Assembly: GCF_009914755.1 (NCBI RefSeq)
Contig: NC_060935.1
DNA: 64,000 bases
Reading direction: 5' to 3' (one strand)
DNA from: the human T2T-CHM13v2.0 reference genome, Homo sapiens
Under the pieces are notes generated by a model. That model was not told the DNA's origin. It worked only from the letters and a program-made list of their open reading frames with translations, and searched no databases. A program made the translations under genes and the position numbers. Below are positions 11,331 to 23,305 of this stretch, one piece after another (the stretch's first letter is position 1; each line of letters begins with the position of its first letter).

Positions 11331-11841
11331 GCACCTAATTAACCTAGATCATATTAATTTTCTTTCTCTGATTGGATATGCTAGCCTTAGAATAAGACTT
11401 CTGGAGAAATTTACCTTAAAGAATAAATGTTTGGGACTCCTAGTTAGCATTTCCCTCAAGAAGTCAAAAATTATAGACCAGGAAACATGCCTGATAGAAT
11501 TCAGTAAGATTTCTTAACCATTGTAATTTGATATAGTTTACCATTTTTGTTATTTCATGTCTAATTACCAGGAGGGATTAGTATTAAAATTCAATGTAAA
11601 AAGAGCCTGTGTGTTTTTTCAGGAAGAGAAAAGAGGAACCTAGGAAAGCTCCATCCCAGTATGCAGCATAAACTGGTAGAGTGGGTAAAAGAATCCTAGA
11701 GGTTTGAGTAACCGAAAGGGACATTAAAGAGAAAAGGAAACTCCATCATGTCCCTGAGGCCCTTGCAAGGATGAAAGGCCCACCAGGGAGCCAGGGAAAA
11801 GTGGTCCAAAGGCTTAACATTCCCAAGTCGGGGGACAAGTT

Positions 11842-11856
11842 CCAGACAGTGACTCA
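11842..11856. promoter_or_regulatory. Composite SMAD (CAGAC) + AP-1 (TGACTCA) element, CCAGACAGTGACTCA
   Basis: A perfect AP-1 heptamer sits 2 bp from a SMAD-binding element in non-repeat sequence about 4.7 kb upstream. This agrees with my recollection of a far-upstream AP-1/Smad box mediating TGF-beta induction of NOX4. Confidence 0.75.
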
Positions 11857-13639
11857 TTCTCATTTCTACACAAAAACAAGTGTAGACCATCATCTGATTC
11901 AGTCATTTAGGAATGTCTACCGTGCACCCACATGGCTGGGTTAGCTCCTTGAGAAATTCTGAAGACGTTGGAGAGGTCCTTATGCCCTTAAGGACCAGAT
12001 ACTTTGTTGGAAAATAAGGCTTACAAATGTGAAGGCAATTTAAGAACTTCAAAATGAAGATGTTCAATGAAAGCTTGTTGAATAAAACTGAATAATAATG
12101 AATTTTTATTTAGAATTGCCCTACATTAAACACTTTTCCAAACTTCTAGATTTCATAGACCAATAAAATTTCAAGAAGAAAAAACATGGTAATCATTTCA
12201 CAGTGTATATGTATATGAGAACATCAAATTGTACACCTTAAATATATAAAATTTTATATGCCAATGATAGATCAATAGAGCTGTAAAAAAAAAAAGAGAA
12301 AAAATAAATACAAACCAACACAGACTAGTCAAATTTTGCTGCAATTAGGGCAATTTTTAAAATGCAAACTGAAAACAACAGTCACAGAAATACATTCACT
12401 TCTGTGTTTATTAAAGAAAATTCATTTTTTACAAAATAAATGTAAGAAATACTGACTGCCTTCAGCTTCCAAAGAAGCTCTCTCTCTCCTCTCTTTATGT
12501 TTCTCTCTGTCATTTCACAGCAACCCTCTTATTGTTTTTCTTTATTTGTTCCTTAAATCTATAAGGTAGGAAGGTAGGTAAGGCCATTATTTTCTTCATT
12601 CTAATTTTATACATGACAGAACTGAGGCATATGCACAGTAACTAACTTGAACTACCTTGCCCAAAGTAACCATGATATTAAGTAGTAGATTTCCAAGAGC
12701 GAATACACCTGCTCCTTCCTCTACTTCATGTAGTCATTGTTGAACCAGGACTTCTACCTGTTCTTAGTTCTAATGCTTAAGGCCACAAATGCAGTTGTGG
12801 TTGGCAGCTTTCCCCAGTCATCCCAGGTGTGTAGAGATTTACCAGCAGGCCTTTGTGTTGCCAAGACAGTGCACACTCTCCAAAGACTGTTGTGTCTATT
12901 GTTTATGATATCATTTGTGCTTTATCTTGCATGGCATTTCCTGAACACATCTATTAACACAGTAATTCCTGTATGTGTGTGAAATGTTACTGTTCTTAAA
13001 GTTTTAAACAGAAGTGTCTGAAAAAATATTCTTAATACCCGAATCCATGTTTTCTGGTTGCATCTTCAAACAGCTTTAAAGTATTGAGGAAATATGATTG
13101 GACTTCTATAGTCTCACTTCACTTTCTGAATATATTATGAAAATCTTAAACTCAAACTATTAGAATCCACATTAAATAATATGAGTTTTACAGTCATAAA
13201 AACATTGGAATTGGAAGAGGCTTTGGAAAGCATCATAACTTTTAGTTACAGAAAGGAAATTAAAGGCTTTTTCTCAGCTCATTGAGCTCACCGAGCACCT
13301 TCATGCTACTGCGTCTTTGCACACTTAGAGGGTATTTATTTATACATTTATTGATGAGCTTGTTTGATTAATGACTATATCTGTCTATATCTGACTAAAT
13401 TGTGAAATTCCCAAAGGCAAATCCCATGTCTGTTTTGTTCATTCTTGTTTTCCCAGAGCCACACACTGGGCTTGGAACATCAGTAGGGTCTCAGTAATGG
13501 TTTTAATGAAAGAAATGAAAGACAGTAGGAGAATCTAAATTTCCTGACTTCTCTTCCAATAATTATTTCACACTGACAGTTTCTTTTTTACACTAATATG
13601 ATATTCTGTACTTCTTTAATTCTTTCTATTTCCCAAACA

Positions 13640-15060
13640 TATCCTGTTTTCTCACATTTCCATTTATGTGTATGCTTTACTTGTTTCATGGCACACCTTA
13701 CCTGGAGATGCTTACTTAGTCTCCAAACTCAAGACCAGTATCTTCTCCTGCTAGAGGCCCATGTAGACTCTTCCCAGCTGCATCAGGAACCTCTTCTTTG
13801 CGTCCACTGTGTGCCACTCTATCTCAGAGTAGTTATTGTGCCCCATTTGTTGGTGCATTTTCTAGGTTGTTTCTCCAACTAGACTAGAAGTACTTTGAGG
13901 AAAAGAAGTTTATGTTGTTGTTTAATGTATTTTAATAACAAACTTATAGGCACAGCACAGAAGATAGATAACATTAAAAACATGTATTTGCATGTGGGAC
14001 AACTTAGAAAAGTATAGTAAAAAGATAGAATCTATTATATGATAAAAATTATATAAACATCATTTAGTTGCTGTCAGTAAAAAATTTACTTGCCAACCCA
14101 ACGTCAATCCAAATGTCCAGAATAACTTAACAGGTTTATTTATAATTGCTATAAAGTTGAATTGCTGAAACTTGTTCACCGAAGTATGTTGACTTGCGTT
14201 AATGCTTCACATCCCGTTTATATTAAAAATTCACATACAAATGAAAATAGAAAAACTGCAAATAACTGATTTCTGTACCCTATTTTTCCACTTGCAAGCA
14301 TATATTTGGGTACCTTTGGACCCCATGGGAAAAAAATAACGTTCAGAATGACTAATAATAGGAAGAAAAGAATTCGGCAGGAGGGCCGAGGGATATGAAA
14401 TGTTTCCCATCACAGGGGATTCTTAAGCATATTTGCTATGTTTGTGGCATGCTAGTTGAATGCACTTTGGCATAATTGTCACACTTTTGGCATGGATAAC
14501 ACACAGGATTGTGCCTTCAAAAAGGTTAACTAGATAGGTCTTCACTTGCCTCTTGCAAAGCACCAATAGCTGCACTCTGGAAGCCCAGACCTATTTTGAA
14601 GTCTTGAGAAATTTTTCACACCAGATGCTAGAAAGAAGTTTTTGAATCAGAAGTTCAATGGGCTTTTCATAATATCTAATTTCATGAAGCACTACAGTAT
14701 AAGGCTTGCGGTGAGGTTTCTTCACCCCTCCAGTAGAGGGTGCACTTGCAAGCGGCATTTGTAGCATTCGGTGAGGTTTCTTTACCCCTCCGGTAGAGGG
14801 TGCACTCGCAAGAGGCATTTGTAGCTAGTTATTTTTAGCTAGTTGCTTCCTGGGCAGTTTACTATGGGTCATTTGCAAGCAGTCCACTTTGTAGGAGCCA
14901 TGGAATAGAGATTTCCTTACTTACACCCCTTGTCCTTTGGCTGCAGCTCAGTGAACTAGAGGCTGCACTGGTGTTAGAGCAAGAAATTTTTCTTCATTAC
15001 ATAAATCCTGGCACATAGTAAGTGCTCAAAATATATTTAATGAACAAATGAATAAATAAA
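13640..15060 (+). mobile_element. L2 3' end split by the H3-3A retrocopy
   Basis: CTCCAACTAGACTAGAAGTACTTTGAGG (left) continues as CCTGGCACATAGTAAGTGCTCAAAATATATTTAATGAACAAATGAAT (right), the typical L2 terminus. Confidence 0.65.
13915..14980 (-). pseudogene. Processed pseudogene of H3-3A (H3F3A, histone H3.3)
   Basis: Intronless copy with 5' UTR (…GGGTGTAAGTAAGGAAATCTCT…), ATG at 14901 and decayed CDS to TAA at 14423. It carries the H3.3-diagnostic [13 protein letters not shown] and a [12 protein letters not shown]-like segment, plus a full H3-3A-like 3' UTR ending …ATTAAAATACATTAAA. There is a TGA at codon 11 and there are frameshifts. Confidence 0.93.
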
Positions 15061-16139
15061 TTAATGTCTAACATGTGAAACCAGTTTAGGTTATTTTCAA
15101 AATGAAAACTCAGCATTCACCAAATATTCTAATTGCCAACAGTGTGGCAAAGGTTTTAGGTTAGAACTTGTTACAGAAGAAGTTCAGGAATAAGAGAAAT
15201 AAATAAATAAACAAATAAACTTGACAATTGTCTTGTCTTCTTCCTCAACAATCTGGCATGATATTTAGCCTTCAGCCAAACTTTCCTACTCTCCAAAAAT
15301 TTAAGGCTGGGAATTTCACAGTATTTTTTGTTTTTGTTTCCATTCTCACAATTGGATCACTCTTACTTATATCGATTTAATAGCTTAAATGTCTCTAATG
15401 TTAGTGCATACCACACTGTATAATACGTTGGTTTATCTGTCTTCCCCATGGGAATCAGACAACTGCCAGTCAAAGAAACTGTGGAATTAATCTTTGTAAT
15501 CCCAGGGCCTAGCACAATGCCTGGTTCATTATTTAATCAGTGGATATTTAATTTTTTAAAAATAATGCTTGAGCACCTCTCTTATTATTATTTATCATTC
15601 TAACCTTGGACTTCAATACTGTGTTACATTGAGAGAAAAACTATTACAGGAATAAGATTCTATTAGAAAGGTAAATTACCTACATGGCATAGAATGTAAC
15701 ATCTGTACTTCAGATGTTATGCCTGTCATATTTCATTACTATTCCTCCTAAGAATTCACTCCCCTAAGTAATGTATTCTATTATGTGTTGCCTAGCATAT
15801 CAGGACTATTCAACATCTTTGAAAGATTATTGTGTAAGATCAAATGTTTAAAAGGAGAATAATCTTGCATCTTAGGGTTCTGCATTCTTTTCTACTATTG
15901 AAATTTTTGGTTAAGAAGAAAGTTTTGTACCTTATTCCTTTTTACCATTTCTGTCAGTTCTGTCAATTTTTTGCCTGGAGACCCTTTTGATTCAGTCTCC
16001 TACAGAAGGCAGCATTATGCTTCCTGTGGTCTTTCATAGTCCTTTCTTAAAATTTGTATGTGTTCAATTATTATATGGTGATTCAATTATTTGTCAACCA
16101 AATGTCTTCATATCAGTGGAATTTCACTGGAGGAGCACA

Positions 16140-18365
16140 TAGCCTGCAAGTTCTCCATCATTCTGCTCTTCTTTCATTTAGCAACAAAACCCCCTAAGTT
16201 TCAGCTGGATTATAGCTGTGAACTAGTCATTACTTGTTTTAGCCTCTCTTTCTGTCAAGATTAGACATTGACCATGTTTCTACAAATGAGATGTGAGCAG
16301 AAGAGATGTGTATGTCCTTTTACAAAGGAAATTTCTTCCACATTTTCCTTTTTCTCCTATTTCACAGGCTGGAAATATGCTTTAAGCATGAATTTAAGGA
16401 CAGTGAAGGATAATGAAAGATATTATCTGAAGAATAATGAAGAAATAAGATATTAAAAATTTAGATGACCTTGTAAATGAGTTGTAGCTACCCACTTATA
16501 TGGTTCACTTCTTTAATGTTATGAGAAATAAACTGCTTTATTCAAGGCACCGTATTTTAGGTTATAGCTGCTTAACTTATTATAGCCTGTTATTATAGAA
16601 ATTGGTTCCTGCAAGTGGGGCATTGTCATAATAAAAAACAAAATACATGACATTAGTTTAGCACATTAGGGGGCAGGTAGAAAGGACCTACAGGCTAGAA
16701 AGTGATGTCCTTTGATATGCCATTACAAAACATATGCCAACTTGGAAACATACTGCATTATTACCAAGCTGTAGCCCTAGGGGAACAGGATTTTTTTTAA
16801 TGTCGTATTTTTGGTATGTTTTGGCTGCTACTTGGAACTTTCAGCAAAATGTTACAAGAGACATGAAATAAAGTTAGGCAAGAAGTGGCCCATTTGCAAA
16901 TGGAAAAGAAAAGAAAGCTCTGCTAATGGAAAATCTCTCTGCCTGTGATCTGCAATTTAATAGATTAAAATTCCCCTAATTTGAGACTTCAGAGTGTAGA
17001 AAAGCTAACTGTTTCCATATCCCAATGAGCATGAACGAGCATGATATTAGATTGTCCCTCAGAGTCAGCTCAGAGGTAAAGAGCGGTAGTTTTGGGTGGT
17101 ATTAAGGTCGCTTATATTAAGTTAAGGGAAGGAAAGATGAGCAGAGAAGAGAAGATAATAAAAAGGGGAGCATCTATAGACTCTATAGACATTGCTCAAA
17201 AGATTGTTTTTGCTGTGGTTACTCCACATGGAAGTGATTGGAAGCAAATAAGCAAGAATACTACTAAGGGTCTGAAAGAATTTTATTATCATAAGAACCA
17301 CAAGGCTGGTATACAACGACCTTTGTTGTTAGCTCTCTAACACAATCCTCTGTCCTTCCAAGCCGAACCAAGGAGAGAACACTCACTCTTGCCACCTTCT
17401 GATGTGGACAGTGGATGAAGAAGAACCTCCCAAATATGTAAAGTCAAAGCTGCAGGGGGCAATGGACGAAGAAAATACTCACTGAGAGCAGAACAAGAGG
17501 CTGGTTAACCCAAACAACTAATACACCAGCAGGATGGAGAGTATTCACGATTTCTACCCAGGAGAATTTGAGATTTACTGTGAGCCAGAAACAGCTGGGT
17601 GCTTTTCAGTTTTTATGTTTCTGAATGGGAGTTTTTGTTGCAGTTATCCTGTCCCTACTCCACCATTATATATCAGGACAAAGGAAGATATGTAACTTGT
17701 AAGTTTGTAAGTTGATGCCAGAGCACAAGGAGCCACTTCCAGACCTGAAAGAGAAGACTATATTTCACTCCAGTCCTGGATTTTCAGCTGCAGCAGTAAC
17801 TGAATAAGATTTTATGTGGGCCCCCTTGAAGAGGATTTGAGTGTATTTATGAAGAAAGATGAGGGTGCATGGACACCTGGGTTGTTAGAAGGGCAAACTG
17901 ACAGACTGATACCTATCCATTGTTATTAATTATCCCCTAGTCCACTTACTAATAGAACCCCACGAGTCTTATCGGAACACAGAACTGCTCAGCTAGATGC
18001 AACATTTTGCAACCTACTCAGGTAGGTGTGGGCATGAGACTACATTAGTAGGAGTAATGGGTTAAACTTTCTAGTCTTATCGGTTAAAGAGAAAATTGCT
18101 TATATTTCATTTTCTCTGTTTCCCCATTCATGAGATTGGAACACAAATGTGCTGATGAACTCTCTTTGATCAAATAAGACTATGCTCTAGGAGATAGTTG
18201 AGCAACTCAATAAGAAACTGGATTGCTAAATGACCTCCTGGAGCAAAGGTCCCTGCTAGCCAAGAATGGATTGACTCTTACACGAGGGAGAATAAAACTA
18301 TCATTTTGATGAATCCACCATCATTTTTGGAATTTTCGTGTTACAGTAACTTAGTCAATACTCTA
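16140..18365 (+). mobile_element. Ancient ERVL/MaLR-class element with two LTRs (LTR33/MLT1-like) and internal region
   Basis: Similar LTR-like blocks at about 16140-16590 and 17900-18365. The internal region begins AGAAATTGGTTCCTGCAAGTGGGG and ends …GAAGGGCAAACTG, like MLT1-int termini. Confidence 0.55.
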
Positions 18366-19529
18366 AATGCTATAATTGAATTACAACAATATGAATTGAT
18401 GACAGAAGAATATTTTTGATGTTGAGAAACACAGCCATATTAACATGCCAAATGTTTGCATCACAAGTTATTGATAATTCAGGGAATATATCGTAATATT
18501 CATATTCCTAGACTTAACTGACTTTGTAATGAATCCATATTTCTTTCATTAATTAGTCAAATAATTCACAAAATGAAAATAGCAAAATAAGAATGGTTGT
18601 ATGATTCAAACACTTCAAAAATGAACACAATTCTTTTCCCTGTACTATTAATTGTAGTTGTCACCTTAGGGTCTAGCTTTGTACCTTCTCCTCAAGAGTT
18701 GAATTATTACTCATCATATCTGGCCTATATAAATGAAAAATACCCTTTATCTTTATTTCTTTGTCCTAGACTATTTAAATCATTTATTTTAACAGCAAAT
18801 TTGGAAGAACAACAGTAGAGTAAGTGTTCGATAAATGTGGACAGGCACTTGTTAGCAAAATATGTTAAAATTCCTTTTTATATATTTGGAATCCCATAGC
18901 CAAATTTTCAGTTGCAAATGCTATACTACTGATATTACTCCCAAATATCATGAGGTCACAGAGAGATAAGTCCTCAACTAGACTCTCCCATACAGACTAA
19001 TTTAAACAACAAAAGAGTCCAATTCTATTTATGGTAATTATCTGAGTGATGATACTCATTAATAAGGTCTCTAGCAGAATATAAACAGGAAATATGCATG
19101 GGGAACATTGGAATAATATAACTGTAGTATAATATTCAACACAATGTTAAAAAAACTGCCATTCGTTCTACTATTGATGATCAAATTACATTTCCTCTTT
19201 TCAGCTCATTAATACTGGACATGCTGTTGTTTTACTCAATAAGTAAAAAAATCAGGTTGTGAGATTGAAAATGCCATGTTAGAGAGGTATTCTGATATAT
19301 TGGACAGGGCAGTGAATTCGGAGTTGGAATTCCTGACTTCCACTGAACCCTGGCTCTGCCATTAATCTTTTTATTAACTTTAGACAAGTAATTTAATACT
19401 TTTAAGCTTCAAATTCTGAATGTATAAGATTAATGGGACAGGCTAGACAATATCTAAGGTATTTTCTGGTTCTAGAGTTTTGTGATTCTACAAATTTCCC
19501 AATCCATCCTATAACATTGAAATCTCATG

Positions 19530-20330
19530 CAACATATATTAATTGAGCAATACACTTTGGGTTAGACATCATACTAGATCAAAGCTGAGATGAATGGCCA
19601 CCATAGACATGATCCCTATCCTTCTATCCTTCTGGAACTTACTATCAAGTGGAAAGACATAGCCTATGGTAATAATTACAACACAAAACACTTAATTGTA
19701 TTTGAGGAAAGTTCTACACAAAGGGTATGCAATGCTGTGGGGTACAAAATAACAAAATCTTCGTAGTCTTGAGTGCTATGGAATCATATCTGATTAACAA
19801 ATTTTTAAGATGAGATCTGAAGGACAATAGCCAGACAAGGAGGAGTGGTAGCAGAAGGGATGTCCAGACAGAGGAAATAGCATGAGCAAATTCATTGTGG
19901 TGGAAGAGAACTCTTGGCCCAATTAAGTTGCTGAAAGCAAGCTAGTGTTGCTGGAACACACAGGGTGACAGAAAAAGTGGCATAAAATGACACTGGGGAG
20001 ACAGACAGCGTCACTTCACTTGGAGCTTTATAATCCAATATACATTTTGCACTCCATACAAAAATATAATATATGGGACAAAATAGACATGTTTTAAGTA
20101 GGGATGCAATGTTATCAGTTTTCTTTTAAAAACATCACTCTGTCATGGATGAATAGACAGGATGTGGCAATAGAGGGTGTGGGAAAAATAGAACAAAGGC
20201 TACTGAAGTAGATAGGTGATAAGAGACAATGACTTTATCAGAGTTGTTATAGTTACAATGGAAAGAAATGGATAGATTTTTTACATATTTGGAAACTAGG
20301 GTCTACCAAAATTGTGATGAATCAAAGATG
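19530..20330 (-). mobile_element. L2 fragment (MIR at about 19300-19490)
   Basis: Degenerate L2 motifs (TTAATTGAGCA…, TAAGATGAGATCTGAAGGA, CCAGACAGAGGAAATAGCATGAGCAAA). Confidence 0.55.
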
Positions 20331-21499
20331 ATTCCGTATTCAACTGCTAGTCTAAGTTCCATTGTGAATTATACATCAGGATATTTGTAAGTAGAATATT
20401 ATTTTGTGAATTAATACAGACATCTGTTTCACTGCATCTTTAAGCAATGATCATACAAACTTTGAGCACCTCCAGTTTCGGAGGATTTATTGCATTTTAA
20501 AGAAGACAATTGGTTTTTGGACAATTCTGAATGTTAGAAAGATCTTCTTGATACTGTGCCAAAATTCCTTGACTTTAATTGTTGTTCTAATTCCCTTGTC
20601 TCACCTCCGATCCCCAAAGCAATACAGAATATGATTAGTTCTTCTTTGGTATGGCAACATTTCAAACATGTCAAGCTGGGTTTTGGTTGCCACCTTGCCT
20701 TCTAGCCCCATCTTTCTCTCTTACCAAGCGTCTTTTCTATAAGCTAAGTGTAGGAATTTCTGCTTTCTTGCCTTAATCACTCTTTGTTAGCTATTACTTA
20801 CCTTTTAAGTCTCAGAGGAAGGACTATTTTCCCAGAGAACCCTAACACAGGAATATTAGGTCCCCTCATTATAAACTCTTAAATATCATTAACTTTTTCC
20901 TTTATAGCACTTTTTAAGTTAGACATCATTAATGTCTGTCTTCCCTGCTAGACACAAAATACATTAAGAGAATTTGGTCTGCAGTGGGGAAAGACAAGCT
21001 AAGTCACTGTCTATGAGGAGATCATGTTCTAATGAGCCCGATAAGTTGTTAAATGAGTAAATAAATTAACATATAATTAGAAACAGTATAAATAATAACA
21101 TTAATCGGTGCAAAAGTTATTGCAGTTTTTGCCATTAAAAGTAAGCGTAACTTTAATGAGAGTGTGAGGACCAGGAAAGGCCTTTCTAAGGACCTGATAT
21201 GTAAGCTGAGACTCAGAGGAGTCTCAGATACTACTCAGAGGAGTAGTTAGTATGGGAGAGGTCTCTGAAATTTAGTATGCTGATATGGCTAGAGTGCAGT
21301 TACTGAGGGGACAACTGGAGGAAATGTGCGGCAAAGAGACTAAAAACATCTTGTGGTATTTGATGGGAGTGTAATGTGAGGAGAAAACAGGAATCTTAGA
21401 GCTGGATAATTTGCTAGTGTAAAAGAAACTTGACTGATATCAGTTCGATGAAATAAGTACATTATTTGTAATTACTATAAAATATTATGGTACCATTAA

Positions 21500-23050
21500 T
21501 TGGACTTTTGCTTCCAGATAAAATAGTAAAGCCAGAAATATATTTAGTCTTCCTCCTAAATTAACTATAAAAACAGACAAAATATGTAAAACAATGGCTT
21601 CCAAGACATTGGACATGAAGTGATGAAGAATAGTGATCCCTGAAAAATGGAAAACAAGTAGGGTGAGGTTTATGATTGTCCCTGCTACTGTCTTGAGAGA
21701 GTTTCTATGTTGAGGCAGTATGTATATTTATGGTATTGATAAACATAGATATAAAAGTAAGTATAGATAAACAAACCAATGAAACTGATTAAAGACTGCA
21801 GAAATAGATCCACACACATATGGAAACTGATTTGTGACAATGTTTAATGTCAATTCAGTGGAGAAACTGTAGTCTTCCTAATAACAGTTTTGAAACATTT
21901 GGATGTCCATTTGTAGAAAGAAAGAAAGAGAGAAAGAAAGAAAGAAAGAGAGAGAGAGAAAGAAAAAAAGAAAGAGAAAGAAAGAAAAAGAAAGGAAGAA
22001 AGAAAGAAAGAAAGAGAAAGAGAAAGAGAGAGAAAGAAAGAAAGAGAAAAAAGGAAAGGAAAGGAAGAAAAAGAACGAAGGAAGAAAGGAACAAAGGAAA
22101 AAATAAAGGAAGAAAAATATTTTCATCCATATCTTACACCATGCACAAATATTAACTCAAAATGGATCATAGACCTAAATGTAAAGCCTACAACTATAAA
22201 ATACCTAGAAATAAATATAGGAGAAAATTTTTGTAACCTTGAATTAGTCAAAAAATTCTAAAATATGACACCAAAATCATGATCTATAAAAGGAAAAATT
22301 GATGTTAGAGGTCATTAAAGTATATAACTTCTGTTCTTCAAAAGTTACTGTTAAGAGAATAAAAACAGAAGCCACAGACATGAATAAAATATCTGTAACT
22401 CATATGTCTGATAAGAACTTGTATCTAAAATACATAAAAGACCTTTACGACTTAATGATAAGAAAACAAATAGTCCAATGAAAAATACAGATACCTCACC
22501 AAAGAAGATATATGGATTGCAAATAAGCATAGGCAAACATAACTAAACACCATTAGTTATTAAGAACAAGTAAATTAAAACTACAATGTGATAGCACTAC
22601 ATACCTATCAGAATGGCTAAGATTAAAAAGGCTTTAAATGGTGTCAGGGAAACTGGTATACTCATACAATGCAATACTATTCACCAATAAAAGGAATGAA
22701 CTCTCGATACATACTACAACATGTATGAATCTCAAAGTAATTATTCTGGGTGAAAGAAATCAGACATAAAAATATGTACTGCATGATTCCATTTTTCACA
22801 AATGCCTAGGGAATAAAAACTATATTCTATATTTATAGAAAGTAGATGAAGATTTTCTGTGGCTGGGGTGGGCTGGGATAGCAACGGATGTTATAGAGGG
22901 ATTACAAAAAAGATTGAGGAATCGTTTAGTAGGGATGGATACGTGCATTATCTTGATTGTGGTGATGGTTTCATGGGTGTATCCATATGTCAAAACTTAC
23001 CCAATTGTACCTTTTACATAAATGCAGTTTGTGAGATGTTTTAATGTTAA
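21500..23050 (+). mobile_element. Old L1M fragments (ORF2 end and 3' UTR)
   Basis: L1 motifs such as GAAATAGATCCACACACATATGG, AACTCAAAATGGATCATAGACCTAAATGTAAA and TATCTTGATTGTGGTGATGGTTTCA. Confidence 0.8.
21915..22116 (+). repeat. GA-rich polypurine tract (GAAA/GA/GGAA)
   Basis: About 200 bp composed almost only of purines. Confidence 0.95.
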
Positions 23051-23069
23051 CTATGACCCAGTAAAGTTA

Positions 23070-23305
23070 CGTGTGTGTATATGTCCATGTATAGATATGC
23101 TATATATAATATATAATAATACACATAATAGGTAATACATACCATATATAATAATACACAATACACATAATATACAATGCATATGTCATATAATATATAA
23201 CAATGTAATACACATATACACACAGACTTACATAATATATATTGCAATATATACATATATATTGAATGAAGATTAAAACTATGTGTGTGTATATAGGTAT
23301 ATAAA
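23070..23305. repeat. AT-rich (TA/CA) low-complexity tract
   Basis: Degenerate TATA/TACA repeats. Confidence 0.85.

Noticed and set aside
21847-22155. K/E/R-rich and F/L/S-rich ORFs
   Set aside because: Translations of the GA-rich simple repeat.
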